From assembly GCA_903917345.1 (NCBI GenBank), contig CAIXAE010000036.1, positions 43,604 through 75,603 on the forward strand: a stretch of DNA of 32,000 bases, given 5' to 3'. Numbering within the stretch: the first letter of the stretch is position 1; each line of letters opens with the position of its first letter. The notes under the pieces were generated by a model. It saw only the letters and a list, made by a program, of their open reading frames with translations. It was not told where the DNA came from and searched no databases. This document shows, piece by piece, positions 1-9,200 of this stretch. Both the position numbers and the translations under genes were made by a program. The DNA comes from an uncultured Methylococcaceae bacterium. Its GTDB lineage: Bacteria; Pseudomonadota; Gammaproteobacteria; Methylococcales; Methylomonadaceae.

Positions 1-1
1 C

Positions 2-766
2 TTTGGTATTGGTTACTATGGTTTTCTATTAAATCTAACGCATTGCATCAATACCCCCATCTGGCCTTTATTCATCCCTGGCATCTCATTAGTAATATCC
101 GCTTGGTTATACAGTTGTTTACTGAGATCAATACTGACAGGATTATGGTTAATGGCCTTATTAGTTTGGTGTGGCACACATCAAATCGGATCTTGTAACT
201 CTATTAACGATAATACGCATTTCGACAATATTACCCAGCCTATTATCAATAGCTTAGATCATGTCGCTGAAAATACCGTTAATTTACTTCCTGACAGTGA
301 CTCTGCACTCATCAATCAAATACCTAACAACAACTCGCACTTAATAACCATCGATCAAGCACTCAATAATCCAGAATTACTGAATGATTGTAAAAACCAT
401 TTATATCTTCCGAGTGCCACTGTATTTAATTTTGATCAAGATACGATTGAAGCTTCAATGGATACCAACTTAGAAAAATTAGTCAAAATTATTGAAAAAT
501 CTCCACCACAAAAAATCATTATTACCGGATATACAGACAGTTCTGGCGATGATACCCAAGAAGGCTTTAATCACAATATTGAATTAAGCCAAAACAGAGC
601 TAATGCTGTTGCAAACTGGTTAATAGAAAAAGGTAAAATAGCTCCCGAAAAAATAGATGCGCGTGGCGCGGGTAGTAAATTTCCACTCACTCATCTTGCT
701 GGGAAACAATCCTTAAATAGACGGGTTGAGATCAAACTAAACTATCCAAATTGCAAACCAGAATAA
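2..766 (+). CDS. OmpA/MotB-family peptidoglycan-binding protein; 5' end probably outside the window
   Basis: C-terminal OmpA_C-type motifs are present (IITGYTDSSGD ... NIELSQNRANAVANWL ... NRRVEIKL). Hand translation shows the frame of the 152-766 ORF stays open back to position 2. That upstream stretch encodes hydrophobic segments (..IWPLFIPGISLVISAWLY.. and ..LTGLWLMALLVW..), so M152 may be internal. There is a possible lipobox-like IGSC. Confidence 0.7.
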   Translation, partial: FGIGYYGFLLNLTHCINTPIWPLFIPGISLVISAWLYSCLLRSILTGLWLMALLVWCGTHQIGSCNSINDNTHFDNITQPIINSLDHVAENTVNLLPDSDSALINQIPNNNSHLITIDQALNNPELLNDCKNHLYLPSATVFNFDQDTIEASMDTNLEKLVKIIEKSPPQKIIITGYTDSSGDDTQEGFNHNIELSQNRANAVANWLIEKGKIAPEKIDARGAGSKFPLTHLAGKQSLNRRVEIKLNYPNCKPE

Positions 767-784
767 ATTATTTAAGACGTCTAT

Positions 785-1447
785 ATGCCTACATTTAAAT
801 ATCTTTTTAGTAAACCCAGTATAGTTTCTTGCAAAACTGAAAATACCGTTGTTTGCCATAATTTAGTGACTGCGATCAATATTGAAACATTAGGCTGGGG
901 ATGGTTAAAGATTAAAGCGAAAACTGAACCCAAGTGGCCAGATATCAAGAAATTTATTTCAGCATCAAATCAACATTTGACTGTAACTATCCCGCAAGAG
1001 AGAGAATTACAAATCACAATGTTTAACTGCTTTGGCATAGCAAAACTGATGATTAGGCCCATTAAAGCCCATAGTGAATTACATGAGATCATTGCACCGC
1101 AATATCCTATTTATAATAAAAATTTATTAAATGATATTAAGCCCCCCCAATATTCATCATTTAATAAAATGCAATTTTCATTACACAAGGTTAATCACAC
1201 ATTTAAAAACGCTAAAATCAGAAACTACGGCTTACCCAAAAACAACGTACTAAAAACAATTCAACTATCTAAGCAGTCAATACAGCTACCAAACAATAGA
1301 ATTAAATTAGGCCAATTAAAACTATTAAACACACCCATTTATCTCTTTAAGCCGCCCTTAAACTATCAGGGATTTACCAATACCTTAAAGCTCAACCCGA
1401 TTAAAATTTCGAATAAAATTGACACCACCTTTATTCAAAATGACTAA
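785..1447 (+). CDS. hypothetical protein (N/K/I-rich, no recognisable domain)
   Basis: 220-aa ORF, same strand as its neighbours, 18 nt after the OmpA-like stop and 44 nt before the next gene. No motif recognised. Confidence 0.4.
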   Translation: MPTFKYLFSKPSIVSCKTENTVVCHNLVTAINIETLGWGWLKIKAKTEPKWPDIKKFISASNQHLTVTIPQERELQITMFNCFGIAKLMIRPIKAHSELHEIIAPQYPIYNKNLLNDIKPPQYSSFNKMQFSLHKVNHTFKNAKIRNYGLPKNNVLKTIQLSKQSIQLPNNRIKLGQLKLLNTPIYLFKPPLNYQGFTNTLKLNPIKISNKIDTTFIQND

Positions 1448-1491
1448 ACCCACTACCTAAATTATTATTACTACTTTACGCGAGAATTATT

Positions 1492-2814
1492 ATGAGTTCA
1501 TTTGAGAATTACGACCCGCTCCACTTAGATCATTATGATTACAAACTAGAGTTACGCGGCATCAGAGGCGTAATTCGCAGAGCATTGTGGTTTGCTGCTG
1601 GCGGTGACATTAAACTCTTAGAACGCTGTCCACATTCAGAGCGAGTCAAATATGAAGGCTTAGGTGGCGTTGTTATGGCGACAGCTATTTTGGCATTTTT
1701 CTCAGGCTTTTTTGCAATGTATACCGTGTTTGGCCCAGTACAAACTTTAGCTAGCGCTCAAGATTTAGATACAAATGCAGCGATTAAATCTGCTGTTGTG
1801 GCGGCAATTTGGGCGTTAATCATTTTTAACCTCGATCGTTTTATTATCACCTCAACCGGTCACGGTGATGGCACTGAAGATATAACGGCTAAAGAACTAG
1901 TTCAAGGGTTACCAAGATTAGTTATGGCTGTAGTAATAGGCTTATCAATTTCAGCGCCTCTTGAAATTAGAGTGCTTAAAACCGAAATTGACGCAGCAAT
2001 AACATCTGAAAGGGATAAACGTGTAGAAGCGGATAAAATAGTAATAAATCAAGAGTTTGATCGTATCAAACAATTCAATGAAGAAAATTTACATAAAGAT
2101 GAAAAAAGACTCCAAGAACTAGACGAACATGAGGAAAAAATTCGACTAGAAATTAAAAAGCAAAGAGAAGAGTTAGATGCCGAAGAATCAGGTAAAGCAG
2201 GAAACAAGAAAAAAGGTAGGGGGAAAGGGTTCAATCAAAAGAAAGAAAATCTAGATAAAATGGAACTTGAAAATGCAGAAACTAAAAATAAATTAGATAT
2301 TCAACGACAAGAATTAAAAGTAAAAATAGAAGCCTCAAAAAATAATCTTGAAAATAATATTACCCTAAGAGATAAAAAAATAGATGATGCGATAATCAAA
2401 GAAAGTAAATTTGATGGGATATCCACAAGAATTAATTTAGCCCATGAAATATCACCCAACGTTTCAATAGCATTAACCTTATTGTTGGTTATTATAGAAA
2501 TCACCCCGATTTTTATAAAAATGATGTTAATTCGGGGGCCTTATGATTACTTAACAGATAACCAAAATAAAATTATATTAGCAAAATACGCTATAGAAAC
2601 ACTCCAAAAAGACCATAACGGTGACAATTCTGGCCACAGCATTGAAGACATTTACCATCAACCAAAGACTATCGAAAGTCATGTTATTGGTAACTTGACT
2701 GTTGAAAACCAACTGGCCGAAGAAGCTCGTGATATTTTTCTAAATACCGTAAAAGCAGATATGAATGCTGATCCAGAAAAATACATGCCAGACCTAAATA
2801 AACCCAAAGCCTAA
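1492..2814 (+). CDS. DUF4407-like membrane protein with a central highly charged coiled coil
   Basis: N-terminal signature WFAAGGDIKLLERCPHSERVKYEGLGG is followed by TM helices and NLDRFIITSTGHGDG. A long K/E-rich heptad region follows, then a C-terminal TM (ISIALTLLLVIIEITPIFIKMML). It is paralogous to 2841-4667 and 4664-5758. Confidence 0.7.
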   Translation: MSSFENYDPLHLDHYDYKLELRGIRGVIRRALWFAAGGDIKLLERCPHSERVKYEGLGGVVMATAILAFFSGFFAMYTVFGPVQTLASAQDLDTNAAIKSAVVAAIWALIIFNLDRFIITSTGHGDGTEDITAKELVQGLPRLVMAVVIGLSISAPLEIRVLKTEIDAAITSERDKRVEADKIVINQEFDRIKQFNEENLHKDEKRLQELDEHEEKIRLEIKKQREELDAEESGKAGNKKKGRGKGFNQKKENLDKMELENAETKNKLDIQRQELKVKIEASKNNLENNITLRDKKIDDAIIKESKFDGISTRINLAHEISPNVSIALTLLLVIIEITPIFIKMMLIRGPYDYLTDNQNKIILAKYAIETLQKDHNGDNSGHSIEDIYHQPKTIESHVIGNLTVENQLAEEARDIFLNTVKADMNADPEKYMPDLNKPKA

Positions 2815-2840
2815 CTTGATTACAACGAATAGGCTGTATC

Positions 2841-4667
2841 ATGTTTTCTGAGTTATGTGGTTTTAAGGCTCGCGAACTCTCTGCGTTGCCCACGGCAATA
2901 AAATACGCACTTGAAATAAAGAATCTATTAATTGTCGGTTCTTTATTATTTTGTGCGTATTCAGCTTTCTATTTATTCCAGCTAACATCACTCAACATAA
3001 CAACAGCTATTATCGTTACGTTATTCACTTTCGTTATATTGTTTAGCTTACAAAACTTGATTATTAGTGCCACTGGAATGGGTTGCGAGAAAGCCTACTC
3101 CACCAATAACTCCATCTGGCGGCCCGCCACCTTACGCCTTTATATTTTCTTTATTATTGCGTTAATTTTTTCACAGCCTTTGCTATTAGCTCTATATTCA
3201 CAAGTTTATAAAAGTGAGATTAATCAATCTTTCGAGGAACAACAAAAACTCAAGCAAGAATTCTTAGAAAACTCACTTAAAGAAAAAGAAGATAACCTCA
3301 GTTCTCAATTAGCCAATCAACATGAGATTTTAGAACGCCTAACAGGCATAAGAAATCCAAGTACAACAATCTTATCACCAGATCAAATTACATCAAACAC
3401 TACAACCCATGAGCTTAATGCTTCGCGTAGAAAAGCTTTATTAATCGGTAATCAAACATATCCAACTGCGCCACTTGTTAATCCAGATAAAGACGCGCAA
3501 GACATGTCTAATGCTCTTAAAGAAATTGGTTTTAGTACCGTATTAATAACCGATGGGACTAAAGCCACTATGGAAATGGAAATCAATAAATACATTGAAT
3601 CCATACATCCGGGTGACATCAGTTATTTTTATTACAGCGGCCATGGGATGCAACATCAGGGACAAAACTACATCATACCGATTGATACCCCACCTAAAAA
3701 CCCCATAGGGATAAATTTAATACTCGAAGGGATTAGCAAGAAAAATCCATCTGCCAGCGTTATTACTATTGATGCTTGTCGAACTTATGCGCAAGGCGAT
3801 AGTGGTGGGTTAGCCACTTTAGAGGCTGGATCCTCTACTTATATCTCATTAGCAGCAAAGCCCGGTCAAACAGCCAGCGATGGCTTCCCTCACACCAATG
3901 GTGTATATACAGGTGCAATATTAAAGCATATCAAAGAACCTACAGATATTGACGCTATATTTAGAAAAGTCATTGATGAGGTTACAAAAGCAACCCATAA
4001 CAAACAAGAGCCATGGGTTAATCACAACTTACACGGCACACTCATTTTATCAGCACCCGAATATAAACCAAACACAACACTTAACAACAGTCTACAAAAC
4101 AAACTATCACAAACTAACAACAATCAATTGCTATCTTGTGATCAAGAAGCTAATAAACTACCCCCCAATACTGTCAATGACTCTTTAATTAATTGTAATG
4201 AAAAAAAATTATTGCAACTTGAAGATCAATTAACCGCTCATAAACTTGCCAACCAAAAAGCCATTGCACAACTCAATGACGATATGCTGTACACCAACCC
4301 AATCGCTTATACACTGACATCTGATATTTATTATTTAAAAAGACATCCAACATTTTTAATATTAGGCACTATCGCCATTACAACTTTATTATTACTTGGT
4401 TTTTTAATGCGTGAAATCAAGTTTGCAGAAATGAGTGCTTATGAACAACTTTTAAATTATCACCATAGAAACTTTGTCTCTGAAAAATTTAGAGAGGCAA
4501 AACACGTAACCAGCCTGTTCCCCTATACACCGGATGAAGCTTTAAGAAACGCTCCATCGTCTTCCTATCAATACCATGATTCTAATGAAAACCACACACA
4601 AGAAGGCTTAGACTCTGCTAATTTTTTCTCTCATTTAAACAGCAAAACCTTTGGTGAAAGTATATGA
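2841..4667 (+). CDS. DUF4407-like membrane/coiled-coil protein with an inserted caspase-like (peptidase C14) domain
   Basis: The N-terminus parallels its neighbours (LCGFKARELSALPTAIKYALEIKN.., LQNLIISATGMG) and is followed by a coiled coil. A C14 core follows, with RKALLIGNQTY, His in YYSGHGMQ (H268) and Cys in TIDACRT (C313). A late TM is present (FLILGTIAITTLLLLGFLM). ATGA overlap with the next gene at 4664-4667. Confidence 0.8.
   Translation: MFSELCGFKARELSALPTAIKYALEIKNLLIVGSLLFCAYSAFYLFQLTSLNITTAIIVTLFTFVILFSLQNLIISATGMGCEKAYSTNNSIWRPATLRLYIFFIIALIFSQPLLLALYSQVYKSEINQSFEEQQKLKQEFLENSLKEKEDNLSSQLANQHEILERLTGIRNPSTTILSPDQITSNTTTHELNASRRKALLIGNQTYPTAPLVNPDKDAQDMSNALKEIGFSTVLITDGTKATMEMEINKYIESIHPGDISYFYYSGHGMQHQGQNYIIPIDTPPKNPIGINLILEGISKKNPSASVITIDACRTYAQGDSGGLATLEAGSSTYISLAAKPGQTASDGFPHTNGVYTGAILKHIKEPTDIDAIFRKVIDEVTKATHNKQEPWVNHNLHGTLILSAPEYKPNTTLNNSLQNKLSQTNNNQLLSCDQEANKLPPNTVNDSLINCNEKKLLQLEDQLTAHKLANQKAIAQLNDDMLYTNPIAYTLTSDIYYLKRHPTFLILGTIAITTLLLLGFLMREIKFAEMSAYEQLLNYHHRNFVSEKFREAKHVTSLFPYTPDEALRNAPSSSYQYHDSNENHTQEGLDSANFFSHLNSKTFGESI
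3423..4040 (+). other. caspase/metacaspase-like C14 catalytic domain within CDS 2841-4667
   Basis: His-Cys dyad motifs SGHG (His codon 3642-3644) and DACR (Cys codon 3777-3779) sit in the canonical order and spacing after the LLIGN strand. Confidence 0.7.
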
Positions 4668-5758
4668 ACACATTCACTCAATTTTTGTGCGAGTTTGGTG
4701 GTGCAGACCCGCAAATATTACGCACCTGCCCACCGCTAGAAATAGCTAAATATAAAAACCAAGGCTTATTAGTCTTTATGCTCGTATTAATTGCTCATGT
4801 CACTAGTATTTACTCTTTAATGCTGATCCATACCAGTTCAGTCGAATCCCCCCTTTCAACATTAAATGTATCCGATATTTTTAGCGCATTTTTTATGGGC
4901 TTTTGTTGGACTTTTATTGTCCATAACAGTTATCGTCTCATTTTAAGTTCAACCGGTTATGGTGATGGAAACTCCAAAATACGGACTAGAGAACTGTTGG
5001 CATCCATTCCTAAATTTTTACTTGCCACCGCAATAGGTCTATGTTCTGGTGCGACGATCACTGTTGTTGCTCTTCATACAGAAATGAATCTAGGACTATC
5101 AACCCAGCAGACATACTTATTAACTACATTAAATAAAAATATAGACCATAAATTTGCATCAAAACTCGATACTGTGTATCAAAAACAAGCAGATAGCATG
5201 GATAAAATAAGATATCTTCAAGCTAAGCAATCACAATATATAAAAAATAAAACCAATACAGAGGAAGAAAAATTAGCTATTACTAATCAAATAGATATCT
5301 TAAATAAAGAAACGGAACACTATACTAACGAACGAAAAAATATCCATGAAGAAATTAACCAGCTAAAATTGGTAAACGAAGCGCAAATAGTTAACTCAAT
5401 AGACTTTATTACGACTGTTGATAAAGCCATGGAGCGGCATTTATTGGCAACATTGTCTATTTTTAGCTTTACCCTATTAATTTATCTAGCCCCTCTTCTC
5501 ATTAGAATGATCTGGGCTAAAAATGCTTATGAATATCTAGTTGATTTCCAGAACTATAAACTACTGTCTAAATGCGGCATAGCCCCGAAAGCACATGAAA
5601 TTAAAATCGGCGATGAAAAAATATGCATCGACCGATTTACCATTGCTGAACAGATACTAGACGAAATGACCAGTCAACACGTCATATACAGAAAATACAA
5701 TGCTGAGAAACAACATCAATATTATTTAAATAAACAAAAATTAAGAAAAAATAATTAA
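4664..5758 (+). CDS. DUF4407-like membrane protein with coiled coil
   Basis: Motifs EFGGADPQILRTCPPLEIAKYKNQGL, TM helices, YRLILSSTGYGDG, a coiled coil, and a C-terminal TM (LSIFSFTLLIYLAPLLIRMIW). Start overlaps the upstream stop (ATGA). Confidence 0.7.
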   Translation: MNTFTQFLCEFGGADPQILRTCPPLEIAKYKNQGLLVFMLVLIAHVTSIYSLMLIHTSSVESPLSTLNVSDIFSAFFMGFCWTFIVHNSYRLILSSTGYGDGNSKIRTRELLASIPKFLLATAIGLCSGATITVVALHTEMNLGLSTQQTYLLTTLNKNIDHKFASKLDTVYQKQADSMDKIRYLQAKQSQYIKNKTNTEEEKLAITNQIDILNKETEHYTNERKNIHEEINQLKLVNEAQIVNSIDFITTVDKAMERHLLATLSIFSFTLLIYLAPLLIRMIWAKNAYEYLVDFQNYKLLSKCGIAPKAHEIKIGDEKICIDRFTIAEQILDEMTSQHVIYRKYNAEKQHQYYLNKQKLRKNN

Positions 5759-6298
5759 TCAAACTCGCTTAATCAAGATATGCTCAAAAACATCAGTATC
5801 ATTTGATTTAGCTTCTTTAAAATACCGAACCACTTGAGAGGTACCACCTGGTTTTTCGGCAGTATCACCGTCCCATAAAGCCATTAAAACATTGGCGTTA
5901 TTTGCCAAATAAATTGCTAGTTGTTGATAACATAAATCCCTATTCTCATCAGTCATTGGGGACAAACTAGGTAATGCTTCAACACTAACGGCATGCTTTA
6001 ATAAATTATAGAACTCATCTAGTGAGCTTTGTGTTTTAAAATCAGCAATATAATCAGACAATGCCATAGGCAATATCGCTTTAAATGGCACACCTAACTC
6101 AAGCGCAATCGCTACAGCTAAGCGATCAGCACCATCAGCAAGACCAGAAAGTAGGCATATTGACTTATCTTTGTATTGGTTTTGTATTTTTAATAATCGA
6201 TTGTTAATGTCGGCTTTTATTACCGGCAAATCATGAATACAAATAGCTCGATGACCTGTAATACCTATTTGTAGATCAAAATCAAATTTTGACTTCAT
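5759..6298 (-). CDS. SLOG-superfamily (LOG/DprA/YpsA-like Rossmannoid) protein
   Basis: Motifs IGITGHR, LSGLADGADRLAVAIA and a LOG-like KPGGTSQVV are present in the order expected for SLOG/LOG-fold proteins. ATGA overlap (6295-6298) with the upstream STAND gene. Confidence 0.6.
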   Translation of the reverse strand: MKSKFDFDLQIGITGHRAICIHDLPVIKADINNRLLKIQNQYKDKSICLLSGLADGADRLAVAIALELGVPFKAILPMALSDYIADFKTQSSLDEFYNLLKHAVSVEALPSLSPMTDENRDLCYQQLAIYLANNANVLMALWDGDTAEKPGGTSQVVRYFKEAKSNDTDVFEHILIKRV

Positions 6299-9200
6299 GT
6301 TAACTGCCTCTTTATCAGATCTTCTAACTTATCAAAGCAATCTATAGTATCCGGATGGACAGCACCCAAAACCTTTTCATGAATTGCTATGGCACGTCGA
6401 TATAGCATTTCCGCCTCAACATAATTCCCTTGATCAGATAACAATAATGCTAAATTTTCGACACTAATAACAGTATCAGGATGTTCATTTCCCAAAACTT
6501 GTTCACGTATTGAAAGCACAATACGACTTAAAGTTAGAGCTTCAGTGTAACTACCTTGTTCATAAAACAAACTAGCTAAATTGTTATAACTGGTTGCTAT
6601 ATCTGGATGACTTGTACCTAAAGAACTTTCATTGATTGCTAATACACGTCGATAAAATGATTCTGCAAGATCATAAGCACCCTGCGCCCATGATATAACC
6701 GCTAATGCATTAAGGCTTTGAACTAAATCTGGGTGATCTATACCAAATACATTTTCATGCATTCCTAACACACGGTTATAGTACATCTCTGCTTTTGCAT
6801 AGTCTTGCAAATAATATGATGCTTCAGCTAATAAATTAAGAGTTGGTGCTATGTGTAAATGATCACTACCTAAAACTCTTTCGTGTATTACCAATATTCG
6901 CTTAAAAAAACTTATTGCACTTTCAAAATCACCTTGATCATAAAATAACCCACCCAAATTATTAAGACTCATAATCGTATCGGGGTGCTCATAACCCAAA
7001 ACTTTTTCCCGTATCGCTAAAGTTTTACGATGCAACTCTTCTGAATCCGAATACATACCCTTATCAAATAACAAACTAGCTAAGTTGTTTAAACTCATAG
7101 CTGTGTGTGGATGCTCAGAACCGAGTACTTTTTCACTTATCAATAATGAACGATGATAAAGATCTTCTGCTTCTAAAAAATTTCCTTTATGGTGCAATAA
7201 AAGACCTAAGTTATTAAGGCTTGTTGAAATTTCAATGTGATCTCTACCCAATACCTTTTCATAAACTGAAATTGCTAGACGATAAAAAGCTTCTGACTCA
7301 TCGTAATTTCCTTGATTAAACATTACTAAAGCTAAGTTATTAAGACTAATAGCAGTCATGGGATCTTCTGGCCCCAATACATCTTGACGTATTTTCAACA
7401 CCTGACGATGAAGTACCTCTGCGTTATCGTAGTTACCTTGATCACGTAGAGTTTCAGCCAGATTATGAAGGCTAATAACCATATCAGGGTTATTAGCCCC
7501 TAATAATTTTTCACGTATATTTAGTGACTGACGATGTATTGACTCAGCATCCCCATAGTTGCCTTGTTTGCGTAACATCTCACCTAAACTGTTAAGACAA
7601 GTAGCAATATCAGCATGATCACCACCTAATATCTCTTCAGTAATTGCCAGCGAACGTCGATAAAGTGTTTCTGCCACTTTTAACCTAACAAATCTATTTG
7701 TAAAAAAATAGCCTAAATTAAAAAGTGTAAATGCTAACAACCCAGTATCTACAATATTTTCTGCCTCCCACTTTTCTAACGCCTCTAGGTAACACTGGCC
7801 TGGATCGTATTGATCACCCATTACCAACCAATAACCCAATAACGCCAAATCATCTTTTTCATATAGAATTGAAAACAGGGGTATAGCACTAATACAATCC
7901 TTTAAGGACTCCCATTGCTCGGCTTGTTGCCATTGCCACGGCAACTCTTCTGCTACACGACTACTTAATTCTTGATTATTAAAGTAGTGAGCTAATTTGA
8001 TATGTGCATTAGATTCCGCCTCTTTATTATTAAAACAATAGTGCTTAACTGCTAGCCTTAAGTATTCATGAAAAAAGTTTAATAAGCTCCCTCGTTTTGC
8101 TAGATGCGTATCAATCGCCATTAAAAATGTAGAAATACTCAATCGACTTAAACCAGTAATGCCGGCTATTTCTGTTTCAGATAGCCCGCGCCTAGCTGCC
8201 CACAGGGCTTGCATAATTTGGATAACGATAGCTTTACCAAAATCTTTCTCTAAGCGCTCTAGCACTAAGACGAATAATTCTTGGGGATTGTTGGCCGTTA
8301 ATAAGGCATCAATGCGCTGATCTAAGTGTTCAAAGTATCCAAAGATACGCAACTCTTCTAATACTGTTTTTAAAAACAGAGGGCTCCCTGTTTGAGGCGC
8401 TTGTGCAATGCATCGTGTTTGTTGAATCGATAAAGCTTTGCGATAAGTCGCCAACCAATCACGGATTAATTGCTCTTTACGTTTTACATCCAGCGCTTCT
8501 AAAGTATGAATAGGCCAGTTTCGTTGACTTAATAACTCTAATTGATCGCCAGGAATAACACTAAAAATAGCCGTTACATTTTCCTGCCAAAAAGTAGGTA
8601 GCCATAGGCACTCTTTGCTTTCTAATTGATTAATGCCATCAATAATCAACAACAAAGGATCTTGCTCACTTACTTTTGCCAACCATAAGGGAAAATCTCT
8701 AATCACATCTTCAGGAGTACTGGGTAAATCTTGCCCATCATTTAAACGATGTTTTATTTCAGACATTATCCGGTACACAATAGCCACTGGATCAACATCA
8801 CCCGATATACCGATATAATGTTCAATGATAAATTGCTTAGGATTTGCAAGGCGTTGTTGACTGACCCAGTAAGCCAGCAAAGCCGACTTACCTGATCCAG
8901 ACTCACCTGTCACTAATAAAGCATGATTTGTTTTAGCCTGTAAAAAAGTATCTAACGCTTCAATATCTCTAGGATTCGCACTATAAGCATGGCAACGCTC
9001 AATTGCATAGCTACGATGAGCATCTTGTGCGGCCTTAAACGGTGTAGGTGTTTGGTCTAGTGGAAACTGCTTATCTAAAACGGCTAATAAATCAACTTTA
9101 ATTAACTCACCTAGTGCTTCTATACTGATGTAATTATCTCTAACAGGTAAACCACTACTGCGTAGCCTTGTTTTAAGCGTTGCTAATTTAGCTTTTAGTG

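Noticed and set aside
2049-2893. Minus-strand ORFs 2049-2234, 2301-2504 and 2684-2893.
   Set aside because: These are low-complexity S/F/L-rich translations antisense to the K/E-rich coiled-coil region of a well-supported gene. They are shadow ORFs. The same reasoning applies to 3949-4188, 8633-8818, 14249-14446, 15049-15234, 19184-19468, 22974-23186, 24347-24541, 24952-25197, 30823-31092 and 31396-31680.
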